From sequence record OV876900: a stretch of DNA of 64,000 nt; one strand, given 5' to 3'. This DNA is from Escherichia phage UGKSEcP2. The stretch's first letter is position 1, and every line of letters begins with the position of its first letter. Both the position numbers and the translations under genes were made by a program. The notes beneath the pieces were generated by a model. The model was not told the origin of the DNA. It made no database searches and was given only the letters and a program-made list of their open reading frames with translations. Positions 48,338 to 60,800 of this stretch are shown here, piece after piece.

Positions 48338-50602
48338 TCATAATTTACAGGATGAACAATCTTCAGCTTTTGGAGTTTCTATTTCATAATCATCAGTACC
48401 AGAACCGTCACGGGTATTATGATAATAGAAATTTTTTCCGCCAAAATACCAAAAATACAAAAGGTCATCAATCATTATTGACATTGGAACCTTTCCTTTT
48501 GGAAAAATCTGCGGGTCATAATATGTATTCGCTGAAGCTGATTGACACACCCATTTCAGCATAATAGCTACTTGCGTAAGATAAGGTTTATTGCCTTTCT
48601 TAGCTAATTTCCATGTATAATCATAGAGGTCTATGTTGTGCTCAATATTGGGCACGACTTGATTAAAGGAGCCCTCTTTTGATTCTTTAACAGAGACTGG
48701 TCCACGTGGAGGCTCGATACCGTTTGTACTGTTAGAAACTTGGGAAGATGACTCACATGGCATAAGTGCTGATAATGTGCTATTACGGATGCCAAAGAGC
48801 TTAAGGTCTTCCCGCAGCGACGACCAGTCACAAACGTATTTTGGAGCTGCGATTTGGTCAATCTTTTTATTGTACCAGTCGATAGGTAATTCGCCTCGAG
48901 ACCAACGAGTGTCTGAATAATATTCGCAAGGTCCTTTTTCTTTGGCGAGCTTAATGGATGCTTTAATGAGTCCATACTGTAGTCTCTCAAATAGTTCATG
49001 TGTTAAATCGTTAGCATCTTCATAAGAAGCAAAATTACTTGCCAGCCAAGCTGCATAGTTAGTAACACCTACGCCAAGGTTTCGACGTTTTTTAGCTTTT
49101 TCTGCTTCAGGAACTGGATATCCTTGGTAATCCAAAAGATTATCAAGAGCACGAACTTGGACTTCTGCCAATTCATTAATTTTATCTTGGTCTTGCCAAT
49201 CGAAGTTATCTAACACAAATGCAGATAACGTACACAATCCAATTTCAGCATCAGGACTATTCACATCATTTGTTGGAATAGCAATTTCACAACACAAGTT
49301 GCTCTGACGAATAGGTGCCTTTTCACGAATAAACGGAGTATAGTTATTCGTATTATCAATGAACTGTACATAAATCCTTGCTGTTCCTGAGCGTTCAGTC
49401 ATGAGCAATTCAAACAGTTCACGGGCTTTAATACGCTTTTTACGAATATTAGGGTCTTTTTCTGCAGCTTCGTATAATTCACGGAAACGGTCTTGGTCTT
49501 TAAAATAAGAATAGTAAAGTTCGCCACCCATTTCATGCGGACTGAACAAAGTAATGTAATCATTCTTTCCAAATCGTTCCATCATCAAATCATTCAGCTG
49601 GACGCCATAATCCATATGACGGATACGGTTTTCTTCTACACCTTTGTTATTTTTCAAAACGAGAAGATTTTCAACTTCCAAATGCCAAATAGGATAATAA
49701 GCAGTAGCAGCGCCGCCACGAATTCCACCCTGTGAGCATGATTTAACAGCAGTTTGAAAATGTTTCCAAAAAGGAATAACACCAGTATGACGTACTTCAC
49801 CTGTGCCAATCTTAGAACCTTCGGCACGAATCATACCAACGTTAATACCAATTCCAGCGCGTTTGGAGATATATTCAACAATTGAAGCGGAAGCCTTATT
49901 GATAGACTTTAATGAATCACCTGCCTCAATAACAACGCATGAACTAAACTGCCGAGTTGGAGTACGGCAACCGGCCATAATAGGAGTTGGCAGTGAAATC
50001 TGTCGAGTAGATACTGCTTCATAAAAACGAATAACATGTTTTAATCTATCAACAGGTTCATCTTGATGCAATGCCATTCCAATAGTCATAAATGCAAACT
50101 GTGGAGTTTCATAAATTTGACCAGTGGTTTTATCTTTAACTAGATATTTTTCTTTTAATTGCATCGCCCCGGAATAAGTAAATTCCATATCCCGTTCGTG
50201 CTTAATTTTTGATTCTAAAAATGTAATTTCTTCTGCTGAATATTTTGACAACAATTCAGGGTCGTATTTACCTTCATTTACACAGTAAGAAATATGGTCA
50301 ATAAATGAACGTGGTTCATACTGCCCGTAAACATGCTTACGAAGAGCGAACATTAAGCAGCGTGCAGCTACATATTGATAATCAGGCTCTTCAACTGAAA
50401 TAGAATTCGCAGCAGCCTTAATTACAATGGTTTGAATGTCATCAGTTGTCATTCCATCACGGAGATATGATTTAATATTTTCATATAATTCATAAGGATC
50501 TACAGATGTTCCTTCAGCTGCCCAAGATAAAACTTTAATAATTTTTTGTGGGTCAAAGCTCTGAGAAACACCACTACTTTTGATAACATTAATTAATTGC
50601 AT
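48338..50602 (-). CDS. nrdA: ribonucleotide reductase large subunit
   Basis: 754 aa, T4 NrdA length. Confidence 0.95.
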   Translation of the reverse strand: MQLINVIKSSGVSQSFDPQKIIKVLSWAAEGTSVDPYELYENIKSYLRDGMTTDDIQTIVIKAAANSISVEEPDYQYVAARCLMFALRKHVYGQYEPRSFIDHISYCVNEGKYDPELLSKYSAEEITFLESKIKHERDMEFTYSGAMQLKEKYLVKDKTTGQIYETPQFAFMTIGMALHQDEPVDRLKHVIRFYEAVSTRQISLPTPIMAGCRTPTRQFSSCVVIEAGDSLKSINKASASIVEYISKRAGIGINVGMIRAEGSKIGTGEVRHTGVIPFWKHFQTAVKSCSQGGIRGGAATAYYPIWHLEVENLLVLKNNKGVEENRIRHMDYGVQLNDLMMERFGKNDYITLFSPHEMGGELYYSYFKDQDRFRELYEAAEKDPNIRKKRIKARELFELLMTERSGTARIYVQFIDNTNNYTPFIREKAPIRQSNLCCEIAIPTNDVNSPDAEIGLCTLSAFVLDNFDWQDQDKINELAEVQVRALDNLLDYQGYPVPEAEKAKKRRNLGVGVTNYAAWLASNFASYEDANDLTHELFERLQYGLIKASIKLAKEKGPCEYYSDTRWSRGELPIDWYNKKIDQIAAPKYVCDWSSLREDLKLFGIRNSTLSALMPCESSSQVSNSTNGIEPPRGPVSVKESKEGSFNQVVPNIEHNIDLYDYTWKLAKKGNKPYLTQVAIMLKWVCQSASANTYYDPQIFPKGKVPMSIMIDDLLYFWYFGGKNFYYHNTRDGSGTDDYEIETPKAEDCSSCKL

Positions 50603-50919
50603 AAGTCCTCAACTTGAAAATCGTCTTTAAACAATCGGTTAACTATATGAGCTATTATATCACCATGACACGGCTTTGGTTTACATGTGCATCCTAGCCT
50701 CATTCCACGTAAAGGCTCTAAATGTGCTTTAGTTATTTCTCCGGATTTAATTCGACGTATAAAATCTTTTTTGAATAATTCAATGGCAGCCTCCCGGCTG
50801 CCAGCATCTTTACCGACGTAATTTCCCCAAAATGTACCACGGTGAATATTAACATCAAAGTCGGATTTATATTTATTCACTACCTGGCATAGACGGCCCG
50901 CGCGGTGATAATTCGTCAT
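50593..50919 (-). CDS. hypothetical Cys/His-containing protein, 108 aa (position of T4 nrdA.1)
   Basis: ATG ORF; motif [13 protein letters not shown]. Confidence 0.55.
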   Translation of the reverse strand: MTNYHRAGRLCQVVNKYKSDFDVNIHRGTFWGNYVGKDAGSREAAIELFKKDFIRRIKSGEITKAHLEPLRGMRLGCTCKPKPCHGDIIAHIVNRLFKDDFQVEDLCN

Positions 50920-51136
50920 ATTGTTTTTCCGTTAAAACAGTAATATCATAATAACAGTCAGAAGAAGTTTTAACTGTGGAAATTTTATTATCAAAATACT
51001 CACGAGTCATTTTATGAGTATAATATTTTTTGCCATAAATGATAATAGGCTGATTTGGTCCTGGAACTTCTAACTCGCTTGGATTAGGAAGTGTAAAAAG
51101 AACTACACCAGAAGTATCCTTAAATCGTAAAATCAT
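50873..51136 (-). CDS. hypothetical protein, about 87 aa (position of T4 nrdA.2)
   Basis: Track start is TTG at 51148; ATG at 51136 with GAGGA; 3' end overlaps next ORF by 47 nt. Confidence 0.5.
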   Translation of the reverse strand: MILRFKDTSGVVLFTLPNPSELEVPGPNQPIIIYGKKYYTHKMTREYFDNKISTVKTSSDCYYDITVLTEKQYDELSPRGPSMPGSE

Positions 51137-51159
51137 ATATCCTCTCAATTAAATTAAAA

Positions 51160-52019
51160 TTACACCGCCATCTTTCCTTTAATTGGCGGGTGAGATACAT
51201 AGTTGTTAAGAACAAAATTATGCGGCTTTGCGAATTGACTCAACCAAAATACCTGCGATTCTGTGTCCCATTCATCAAATTCATCTGGAAATTTTAATTG
51301 TAATTCGCATAAATCCATAGGTTCACGACGCAAAATTTCTTTACATTGTTCTACGTGATTCATATAGATATGAGTATTACCACCAGAAAATATCAAATCT
51401 CCAGGAATAAGTTTACACATCTTAGCTACAATATGAACTAACGTAGCATATGATGCAATATTAAATGGAAGACCGAGGAAAACATCTACCGAACGTTGAT
51501 ACCACTGCAAATCCAAATAGCCATTACGCACATTAAATTGATAGAACATATGACAAGGTGGTAATGCCATTTGCTTGAGTTCAGCTGGATTCCATGCTGA
51601 AACAATTTGACGTCTATCATTTGGCAGTTTTTTAATACGATCAACAACTTCTATAATTTGGTCTACACCACCAAAATCACGCCACTGTTTTCCATAAATT
51701 GGACCAAGTTCACCACTATGGTATCCTAAATCTTTTGCTTGATTTTCGTAATTTTCATCCCAGACTGTTTTGCCTTGAATTAATGAATCATGTTGAATTA
51801 ATCGCAAATCATTGACATTTGTGCTTCCCGATAAAAACCATATTAGCTCAGCAATGCAAGCTTTCCAGGCAAGCTTCTTAGTCGTTACTGCAGGAAAACC
51901 TTTAGTTAAATCCCAGCGTAATTTAGTACCGAACAAAGCAATTGTTCCTGTGCCTGTTCGGTCATCGGTTTCATAACCGTTTTCCAGGATATCTTTAATT
52001 AAAAATTGGTATTGTTTCA

Positions 52020-52020
<1 letters not shown>
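51160..52020 (-). CDS. td: thymidylate synthase
   Basis: 286 aa from ATG (MKQYQ...); track start is TTG at 52032; continuous ORF, no intron. Confidence 0.95.
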
Positions 52021-53049
<1,029 letters not shown>

Positions 53050-53057
53050 ATTATCTC

Positions 53058-53393
53058 CTAATATAAAGGATCGGGAACATATCCACTGGCTTTAATCATT
53101 TTGATTAACGTTAGCAGTCCTTTATTAACTGCTTGTGAGATTTCATTAAAAACTTCATCACTAAAAAGTTCTAACACTCCCTTCTGAACTTTTAATTTAC
53201 AACCAACAATTTCATCATCGCCTATAGTAAATTCGTTTCCGCCAATTCCACCGAAAAACTTAATTACACCAGTTAACTGTGTTCCACGAGAATATGGGTC
53301 GTGTGATAAAGTAATATGAGTCACCCCAGGTACAGTTTTAAATTGGCAGCGAATGTTTACTTGGGAAATTCCAGTTACATGAATGTCAGACAT
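53058..53393 (-). CDS. hypothetical protein, 111 aa
   Basis: ATG ORF. Confidence 0.55.
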   Translation of the reverse strand: MSDIHVTGISQVNIRCQFKTVPGVTHITLSHDPYSRGTQLTGVIKFFGGIGGNEFTIGDDEIVGCKLKVQKGVLELFSDEVFNEISQAVNKGLLTLIKMIKASGYVPDPLY

Positions 53394-53403
53394 AATATTT
53401 TCC

Positions 53404-53646
53404 TCAAACAGACTTTTTCACAATTTTCCAATCAGCTTTAAACTGATCAACGTCAGAATGGTAAATCCAGAATCCTGCGCTTTCTCCATCCTCATAAAGA
53501 GGGCATCCATCGCATTCATCTTCCCATCCCATATCACGCAAAAGATGTTCAGCTTTTTCAACAAGTTCAGAATCTTTACCGATGATATTAAAATACCATT
53601 TACCTCTAACTTCTGAATCTTTAATGCTCTGACGTTGTAATCTCAT
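53404..53646 (-). CDS. hypothetical protein, 80 aa
   Basis: ATG ORF with GGAG upstream. Confidence 0.55.
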   Translation of the reverse strand: MRLQRQSIKDSEVRGKWYFNIIGKDSELVEKAEHLLRDMGWEDECDGCPLYEDGESAGFWIYHSDVDQFKADWKIVKKSV

Positions 53647-53749
53647 TTTATTCTCCTTAGCAAGCTTTAATCAAAAGGTATAAGCAAACTAACATAACTG
53701 CTGCCATAATATAAGGTGCGAACATTTTCTTTTCTCCATTAGTTTTGAT

Positions 53750-53785
53750 AGGGTAATAGTATCACACTACTACCCTTCTGTAAAC
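53750..53785 (-). promoter_or_regulatory. early promoter (GTTTAC-N18-TACTAT)
   Basis: Motif match; short inverted repeat agggta / taccct around the -10. Confidence 0.45.
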
Positions 53786-54171
53786 TACTTTTTGAAAGTT
53801 TTTCGCAAAAGTTCAATGATTTCATCTACATTGTTTTCGTCAACAATGCAGTGAATTTTTGTCACGCCAGAAACTATACCTTCATTAGCGGATTGAGGCT
53901 TTTCTAAAGTTACCTCAGTAAAGTATTTGAATTCTTCAGAGTAAATCTCAAAATACGTCTCAAGTGGGCCACCTGCCATGTATTCAGTGCCATCTTCCAT
54001 AGTTACACGTACCACACATTCACCAGCGTAATCATCACTTTCCATTTCATCTACAACAAAACTAGGCCCGTGCTTCTCTATTAAATTTAGCATCATTACA
54101 TTGCAACAGCACTCGTTAGCAAAGTCATTTTTAAATAAAGGGTTAATGATATAAGTTTTTCCAACTTCCAT
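53785..54171 (-). CDS. hypothetical protein, 128 aa
   Basis: ATG ORF. Confidence 0.55.
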   Translation of the reverse strand: MEVGKTYIINPLFKNDFANECCCNVMMLNLIEKHGPSFVVDEMESDDYAGECVVRVTMEDGTEYMAGGPLETYFEIYSEEFKYFTEVTLEKPQSANEGIVSGVTKIHCIVDENNVDEIIELLRKTFKK

Positions 54172-54217
54172 TTTGATTTCCTCATTTTAACGGGGCTGTA
54201 ATAGCCCCCTTTGATAA

Positions 54218-54445
54218 TTATTGTTCAATCAGTCCCATGTAAAATTCTACGTCTTCAGAATCCATACCGTCACAATACTCATTAGCCATAAAGCGGGTAA
54301 GGTCTTCAAGAGGACCTTCAATAACGATTTGAATACTCCAAAACTTAGAATCTTGCACACTTGTGATACTAAGTTCAGGATAACGATTACGAACAATTTC
54401 TTCAATGTATTCAAAATCAACGATGTCAATATCAACTTTAGCCAT
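54218..54445 (-). CDS. hypothetical acidic protein, 75 aa
   Basis: ATG ORF downstream of early promoter. Confidence 0.55.
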   Translation of the reverse strand: MAKVDIDIVDFEYIEEIVRNRYPELSITSVQDSKFWSIQIVIEGPLEDLTRFMANEYCDGMDSEDVEFYMGLIEQ

Positions 54446-54488
54446 ATCATTTTCCTCTTTAATTATCAGTAGTATTGCCGATAGTTGT

Positions 54489-54518
54489 ATAGTACCACAG
54501 AAGAACAGGGGTGTAAAC
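54489..54518 (-). promoter_or_regulatory. early promoter (GTTTAC-N18-TACTAT)
   Basis: Motif match upstream of 75-aa ORF. Confidence 0.45.
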
Positions 54519-54540
54519 AGTTTTGTGAAAAAATTTTTAA

Positions 54541-54568
54541 AATAAAAAAGGGGACCTCTAGGGTCCCC
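54541..54568 (-). terminator. gene 32 terminator
   Basis: ggggacc...ggtcccc hairpin followed by U-run on minus strand, directly after gene 32 stop. Confidence 0.7.
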
Positions 54569-54590
54569 AATTAATTAGTAATATAATCTA

Positions 54591-55499
54591 TTAAAGGTCA
54601 TTCAAAAGGTCATCCAGGTCCGTGTCATCAGCACTAGATGAACTGCCAGAGCTTGAGCTCATAAAATCATCTTCAGTTTTTGTATTGAAGTCATCAACAT
54701 TGAATGCATCCAAATCATCAGCAACTTTATCAGCTTTCTTAGCGGCAGTCGCTGCGGCACCACCCATAGCAGCAGTTCCCATAACTTGACTGAACTTAGT
54801 GCTCAGTTCTTCAAACGATTTGAATTTATCTTTAGAAGTCATTTCAGAAAGGTCAACCATTTGTTCAAACAGTTCTTTCTGGAAAGATTCATCATCGATG
54901 TTTGGAATCGCAGATTGATTCAGGAATTTAGATTCGTCGTAGTTACTAAAACCAGAAACTTGTTTAACTTTCAGTACAAAGTTAGCACCTTCCCACGGAC
55001 AAGTTACATCAACCGGAGTTTCACCCATTTCAACATCAACTGCAATCATTGCATTGATTTTATCCCAGATTTTCTTACCGAAACGGTATTTAAATACTTT
55101 ACCTTCATTTTCTGGAGCAGCTGGGTCTTTTACTACAAGAATGTTAGCCCAGTAAGAAGTTTTACGTTTAACAAGACCATATTCTTTATTGTCAGTGTTG
55201 TACAAATCATTTTTACTGATGTACTGACATACTGGACAGGAATCGTAATCACCGTGGGTAGATGAACAGTTTTCAATATACCATTTACCATTTTTCTTGA
55301 AACCGTGATTTACAAGAATTGCAAATGGCGCTTGTTCATCATTTTTAGACGGAAGAAAACGAATTACTGCTTGACCGTTACCCGCATTATCGAGTTTCAG
55401 TTTCCACTCGCCTTTATCTTCAGAAGAAAAACCACCTTTATTTCCAGCCAGTTTAGCCATTTGCGCAGCGAGTTCAGCAGTAGATTTACGTTTAAACAT
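54591..55499 (-). CDS. 32: single-stranded DNA-binding protein gp32
   Basis: 302 aa; [17 protein letters not shown]... and acidic C-terminal tail match recalled T4 gp32. Confidence 0.95.
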   Translation of the reverse strand: MFKRKSTAELAAQMAKLAGNKGGFSSEDKGEWKLKLDNAGNGQAVIRFLPSKNDEQAPFAILVNHGFKKNGKWYIENCSSTHGDYDSCPVCQYISKNDLYNTDNKEYGLVKRKTSYWANILVVKDPAAPENEGKVFKYRFGKKIWDKINAMIAVDVEMGETPVDVTCPWEGANFVLKVKQVSGFSNYDESKFLNQSAIPNIDDESFQKELFEQMVDLSEMTSKDKFKSFEELSTKFSQVMGTAAMGGAAATAAKKADKVADDLDAFNVDDFNTKTEDDFMSSSSGSSSSADDTDLDDLLNDL

Positions 55500-55566
55500 T
55501 TTTATTTCCTTTTTAATTTAATTAACAGTTGGTGCTATGACGATGTATGACCTCATAGCTGGTCAG
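55500..55566 (-). promoter_or_regulatory. gene 32 autoregulatory translational operator: leader pseudoknot plus AU-rich tract
   Basis: mRNA sense tgaccagctatgaggtcatacatcgtcatagc forms interleaved stems (tgacc/ggtca and gctatga/tcatagc), followed by ttaattaaattaaaaaggaaataaaa-ATG. Confidence 0.65.
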
Positions 55567-55582
55567 TGAGATAATTATAATC

Positions 55583-55590
55583 TATTTATA
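55583..55590 (-). promoter_or_regulatory. late promoter TATAAATA for gene 32
   Basis: Minus-strand TATAAATA upstream of gene 32 leader. Confidence 0.55.
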
Positions 55591-55598
55591 ATAAGCAA

Positions 55599-56252
55599 TT
55601 AATACTTGCAAGATTTCACAGTTTCAATAAAAACACTTTTAGCTTTCTGTGAATCAATATTTAAAATTTTTCTATAAGCCTTTAACTTTATAGAATAATT
55701 ATTCCAGACTAAATTATCAGTCTGTTCATCATGTTTATCGATTATATTTAAAAACGAATCAAGCAAGATAAACGTTTCAAACGAAATTATATTCGATTGA
55801 AGTAGTTTAAAAATATAACTTGATTGGACTTTTGGATTATACTCAAAGATTTCTTTAAAAGCAGAAACTTCAACTTTTTTACTAAAATAATAAATGTTGC
55901 GAATATCTTCTTCAAACTTAAATTTAATTTGCTTTAAGCGTCCGATATATTCACGATAAAACACAAGTGCATCAGCGTCAGAGATGTCACCAATCCAAGC
56001 ATCTTGGTTAGCAACAAGATTGCTTATAAAGATTAAAGCAAGTTCCTTTAATTTATATTTTTCTGATAACTTCTGGAAAAAATACTTATCCCTTCGCTTT
56101 TGATAAGCGGCATCAGACACCCGCATGCACCAATTATACTTAATTACATCATACTTTCCATTCATATGTTGTTTTATCATTAAGTATAATTTATAAACTG
56201 ATTTACCATCAATGTATCTTTCACCACCAGCAGGCATGCGGAGTTTAATCAT
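55599..56252 (-). CDS. 59: helicase loader gp59
   Basis: 217 aa, T4 gp59 length. Confidence 0.93.
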   Translation of the reverse strand: MIKLRMPAGGERYIDGKSVYKLYLMIKQHMNGKYDVIKYNWCMRVSDAAYQKRRDKYFFQKLSEKYKLKELALIFISNLVANQDAWIGDISDADALVFYREYIGRLKQIKFKFEEDIRNIYYFSKKVEVSAFKEIFEYNPKVQSSYIFKLLQSNIISFETFILLDSFLNIIDKHDEQTDNLVWNNYSIKLKAYRKILNIDSQKAKSVFIETVKSCKY

Positions 56253-56587
56253 AGTAGAAAATCTAATGTATTAGTTTTTTCACAACGAACAACAGAAGGA
56301 CGTAAAAGATTTTCGTCAATAGCTTCTGACTGAATTTTTTCAATTATACCCGAAGGAATAAATTTAGCAAATTGAGTTTCAGGAATAGAATTTTCTTCTA
56401 AGAATGCTGTTGTAGCTTCAAGATAACTCATTCCAAACTCTTCTACCATTTTTTCAATAATAAATCCATTTTCTTGACGATCAAGAAGCTTTGCAATTTC
56501 ATCTTTTTCTTTCTTAATTGAAAGTTCTTTTTCTGAAAGACCGGTCTCATCGACCGGACGAATATCATTTAGAGAAAACTGTGTCAT
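56249..56587 (-). CDS. 33: late transcription co-activator gp33
   Basis: Track start is TTG at 56596; ATG at 56587 gives 112 aa MTQFSLNDIRPVDE. Confidence 0.9.
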   Translation of the reverse strand: MTQFSLNDIRPVDETGLSEKELSIKKEKDEIAKLLDRQENGFIIEKMVEEFGMSYLEATTAFLEENSIPETQFAKFIPSGIIEKIQSEAIDENLLRPSVVRCEKTNTLDFLL

Positions 56588-56834
56588 AAAGTTCAACTAC
56601 CTCTTCAGTTTCAGCTTCAAACACATCACGGTTATCTTTATGATACAAAGCTAACAGACGATTAAACATCTTGCCATCAACGCCAAGTTCATCTTTGGCA
56701 CGAATTCGAATATCTTTAATCAATTCATTATAACCAGAAATTTTCAGTTTATGATCAGATGCTTCTTTAATAAATTTAGCCAAATCTTCGCCATGGATAG
56801 CTTCATCAAATTCAACCATTTCTTTTTTAGCCAT
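56565..56834 (-). CDS. dsbA: DsbA, double-stranded DNA-binding protein
   Basis: 89 aa; 3' end overlaps gene 33 start. Confidence 0.85.
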   Translation of the reverse strand: MAKKEMVEFDEAIHGEDLAKFIKEASDHKLKISGYNELIKDIRIRAKDELGVDGKMFNRLLALYHKDNRDVFEAETEEVVELYDTVFSK

Positions 56835-56842
56835 TATTCACC

Positions 56843-57760
56843 TCAAAATTCATTAATGCTATTAGTTAATTTAGAAAGACCCGCTTTTACAAAATATGAA
56901 TAAATTTTGCCACGCGGTGGTAATTTATATGAATTATAGTAATTCACAATGTTTGAAGCAATATTATCAGGAATATAATCAAAATCAATTAGAACTAAAT
57001 TTTCTTTATATCGATTATATTCAGATTCGGTAAGAAGCACCTTAGCTTGCTCACGGTCATTAGCAATAGCTTCAACAATAGAGGTTTTCATTGAAGGAGT
57101 TCGTTCACCTTCAACTCTAGTAAACCAAAAGTCAGATCGTACTTTAACTGAAGCAACGTTATCCTTTTTGTCGCCTTTAAGGATTTTAGTCATACAGTCA
57201 ATTTCAGCAGAACCGCTTTTAATTTTAACCCATTTCTTGTGCATCGGTGACCATTGCTTAACATTTGGGTATTTGTGAAGTTGAGTAAAGTCACCATCCG
57301 ACGAAATGATTAAAATCTTGTGTCCTTCTAAAGAGAACTTTTTAACAAGAACAGCGATATGATCATCTGCTTCATACTTATCAATATCCATAACGATGTA
57401 TGGCATATAAGCTTTCAATTCATCTATAACTTTATGACTGGATTCAAAATAACCTTCCCAGTCCCAAGTAGATTCTTCTCGTGCTTTTCCGCGGTTTTTC
57501 TTATAATAATAAGCGAAATCACGACGCCAGTATCCAGATTTCGCGTTATCAATACACAATACAATTTTAGTGTATCCAAGAGTTTTTGCTTTTTTAACAT
57601 TGAACTTAATTGAGTTCAATATCAAATGACGAACCATTGATAAATTAATTTTTTCTTTATCTGGGAAGTTTACCAGAGCAGTTGAAAGCGCAATCTGACT
57701 AAAGTCAATTAAGCAAATTCCTTCTTTGTAATCTTCATCCAGCATCATTTCTAAATCCAT
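56843..57760 (-). CDS. rnh: RNase H (5'-3' exonuclease / flap endonuclease)
   Basis: 305 aa from ATG (MDLEMMLDEDYKEG); track start is TTG at 57775. Confidence 0.93.
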   Translation of the reverse strand: MDLEMMLDEDYKEGICLIDFSQIALSTALVNFPDKEKINLSMVRHLILNSIKFNVKKAKTLGYTKIVLCIDNAKSGYWRRDFAYYYKKNRGKAREESTWDWEGYFESSHKVIDELKAYMPYIVMDIDKYEADDHIAVLVKKFSLEGHKILIISSDGDFTQLHKYPNVKQWSPMHKKWVKIKSGSAEIDCMTKILKGDKKDNVASVKVRSDFWFTRVEGERTPSMKTSIVEAIANDREQAKVLLTESEYNRYKENLVLIDFDYIPDNIASNIVNYYNSYKLPPRGKIYSYFVKAGLSKLTNSINEF

Positions 57761-57822
57761 ATGAACCTCGTTCAATTAGTGAGATTTCTATTATATACTA
57801 TCTAAATCTTAAAGTAAACAAG

Positions 57823-57830
57823 TATAAATA
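57823..57830 (+). promoter_or_regulatory. late promoter TATAAATA for gene 34
   Basis: Exact TATAAATA about 35 nt upstream of ATG. Confidence 0.6.
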
Positions 57831-57864
57831 CTTATTATTGAAAACACAATAGGAGCCCGGGAGA

Positions 57865-60800
57865 ATGGCCGAGATTAAAAGAAAGTTCAGAGCAGAAGAT
57901 GGTCTGGACGCAGGTGGCGATAAAATAATCAACGTAGCTTTAGCTGATCGTACCGTAGGAACTGACGGTGTTAACGTTGATTACTTAATTCAAGAAAACA
58001 CAGTTCAACAATATGATCCAACTCGTGGATATTTAAAAGATTTTGTAATCATTTATAATAATCGTTTTTGGGCAGCAACGGATAATATTCCAAAACCTGC
58101 TGGAAGTTTTAATAGAATTCGTTGGAAAGCATTACGTACTGATGCTGTATATACAACCGTATCATCTGGACCGTATCAATTAAAATCCGGAGAAGCAATT
58201 TCAGTAGATACATCAGTTGGTAATGACATTGAGTTTACTTTACCACCTTCTCCGCTCGATGGAGAAACAGTAATAATTCAAGATATCGGTGGAAAACCTG
58301 GTATAAATCAGGTTAAAATAAGTTCTTCAAATCAGAGCATTGTTAATTTTAGAGGTGAACAAGTACGTTCAGTTTTAATGACTCATCCAAAGTCACAGAT
58401 GATATTCATTTTTAATAATCGTTTGTGGCAAATGTATGTTGCTGATTATAGCAGAGAAGCTGCAATTGTTACTCCATCGACTGCATATCAAGCACAATCT
58501 AATGATTTTATCGTGCGTAGATTTACTTCCGCAGCGCCGATTAATATTAAACTTCCGAGATTTGCTAATCATGGCGATATTATTAATTTCGTTGATTTAG
58601 ATAAATTAAATCCACTTTATCATACAATTGTCACGACATATGATGAAACAACTTCAGTACAAGAAGTTGGAACTCATTCCATTGAAGGCCGTACATCGAT
58701 TGACGGTTTCTTGATGTTTGATGATAGTGAAAAATTATGGAGATTGTTTGACGGGGATAGTAAAGCACGTTTACGCATTATAACGACTAATTCAAACATT
58801 CGTCCAAATGAAGAAGTTATGGTATTTGGTGCGAATAATGGAACAACTCAAACAATTGAGCTTCAGCTTCCAACTAATATTTCTGTTGGTGATACTGTTA
58901 AAATTTCCATGAATTACATGAGAAAAGGACAAACAGTTAAAATCAAAGCTGCCGGTGAAGATAAAATTGCTTCTTCAGTTCAATTGCTGCAATTCCCAAA
59001 ACGCTCAGAATATCCACCTGAAGCTGAATGGGTGACTGTTCAAGAATTAGTTTTTAACGGTGAAACTAATTATGTTCCAGTTTTACAGCTTGCTTATATT
59101 GAAGATTCTGACGGAAAATACTGGGTTGTACAGCAAAACGTTCCAACTGTTGAAAGAGTCGATTCTTTAAATAATTCTACTAGAGCAAGATTAGGCGTAA
59201 TTGCTTTAGCTACACAAGCCCAAGCTAACGTCGATTTAGAAAATTCTCCACAAAAAGAATTAGCAATTACTCCAGAAACATTAGCTAACCGTACTGCTAC
59301 AGAAACTCGTAGAGGTATCGCAAGAATAGCAACTACTGCTCAAGTAAATCAGAACACTACATTCTCTTTTGCTGATGACCTTATCATCACTCCTAAAAAG
59401 CTGAATGAAAGAACTGCTACAGAAACTCGCAGAGGTGTTGCTGAAATTGCTACGCAACAGGAAACTAATGCAGGTACTGATGATACTACAATCATCACTC
59501 CTAAAAAGCTTCAAGCTCGACAAGGTTCTGAATCATTATCTGGTATTGTAACCTTTGTATCTACCGCAGGAGCTACTCCAGCTTCTAGTCGTGAATTAAA
59601 TGGTACAAATGTTTATAATAAAAATACTAATAATTTAGTTGTTTCGCCTAAAGCACTGGATCAGTATAAAGCTACTCCAACGCAACAAGGTGCAGTAATT
59701 TTAGCAGTTGAAAGTGAAGTAATTGCTGGACAAAGCCAAGAAGGATGGGCAAATGCGGTTGTAACACCAGAAACGTTACATAAAAAGACATCAACTGATG
59801 GAAGAATTGGTTTAATTGAAATTGCTACGCAAAGCGAAGTTAATACAGGAACTGATTATACTCGCGCAGTCACTCCTAAAACTTTAAATGACCGTAGAGC
59901 AACTGAAAGTTTAAGTGGTATAGCTGAAATTGCTACGCAAGTTGAATTCGACGCAGGCGTCGACGATACTCGTATCTCTACACCATTAAAAATTAAAACT
60001 AGATTTAATAGTACTGATCGTACTTCTGTTGTTGCTCTATCTGGATTAGTTGAATCAGGAACTCTCTGGGACCATTATACCCTTAATATTCTTGAAGCAA
60101 ATGAGACACAACGTGGTACACTTCGTGTAGCTACACAAGTTGAAGCTGCTGCAGGAAAATTAGATAATGTTTTAATAACTCCTAAAAAGCTTTTAGGTAC
60201 TAAATCTACCGAATCGCAAGAAGGTGTTATTAAAGTTGCAACTCAGTCTGAAACCGTGACTGGAACGTCAGCAAATACTGCTGTATCTCCAAAAAATTTA
60301 AAATGGATTGTGCAGAGTGAACCTACTTGGGCAGCCACTCCAGCCATAAGAGGATTTGTTAAAACTTCATCCGGTTCAATTACATTCGTTGGTAATGATA
60401 CAGCTGGTTCTACGCAGGACTTAGAGCTATACGAGAAAAATAGTTATGCAGTATCACCATATGAATTAAACCGTGTATTAGCAAATTATTTGCCGTTAAA
60501 AGCAAAAGCTGCTGACGCAAATTTATTAGATGGTCTAGATTCATCTCAGTTCATTCGTAGGGATATTGCCCAGACAGTTAATGGTTCACTAACCTTAACC
60601 AAACAAACGAACCTGAGTGCCCCTCTTGTATCATCTAGTACTGCTACGTTTGGTGGATCAGTTTCAGCAAATAGTACACTAACTATTTCTAATACTGGAA
60701 CGGCAACTCAATTAATTTTTGAGAAAGGACCTCAAACTGGAACAAACCCGACTCAAACAATGACTGTAAAAGTGTGGGGAAATCAATTTAGTGGGGGGTC

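Noticed and set aside
54786-55265. 159-aa plus-strand ORF inside gene 32
   Set aside because: Antisense to a highly conserved gp32 coding region; F/R-rich artefactual composition.
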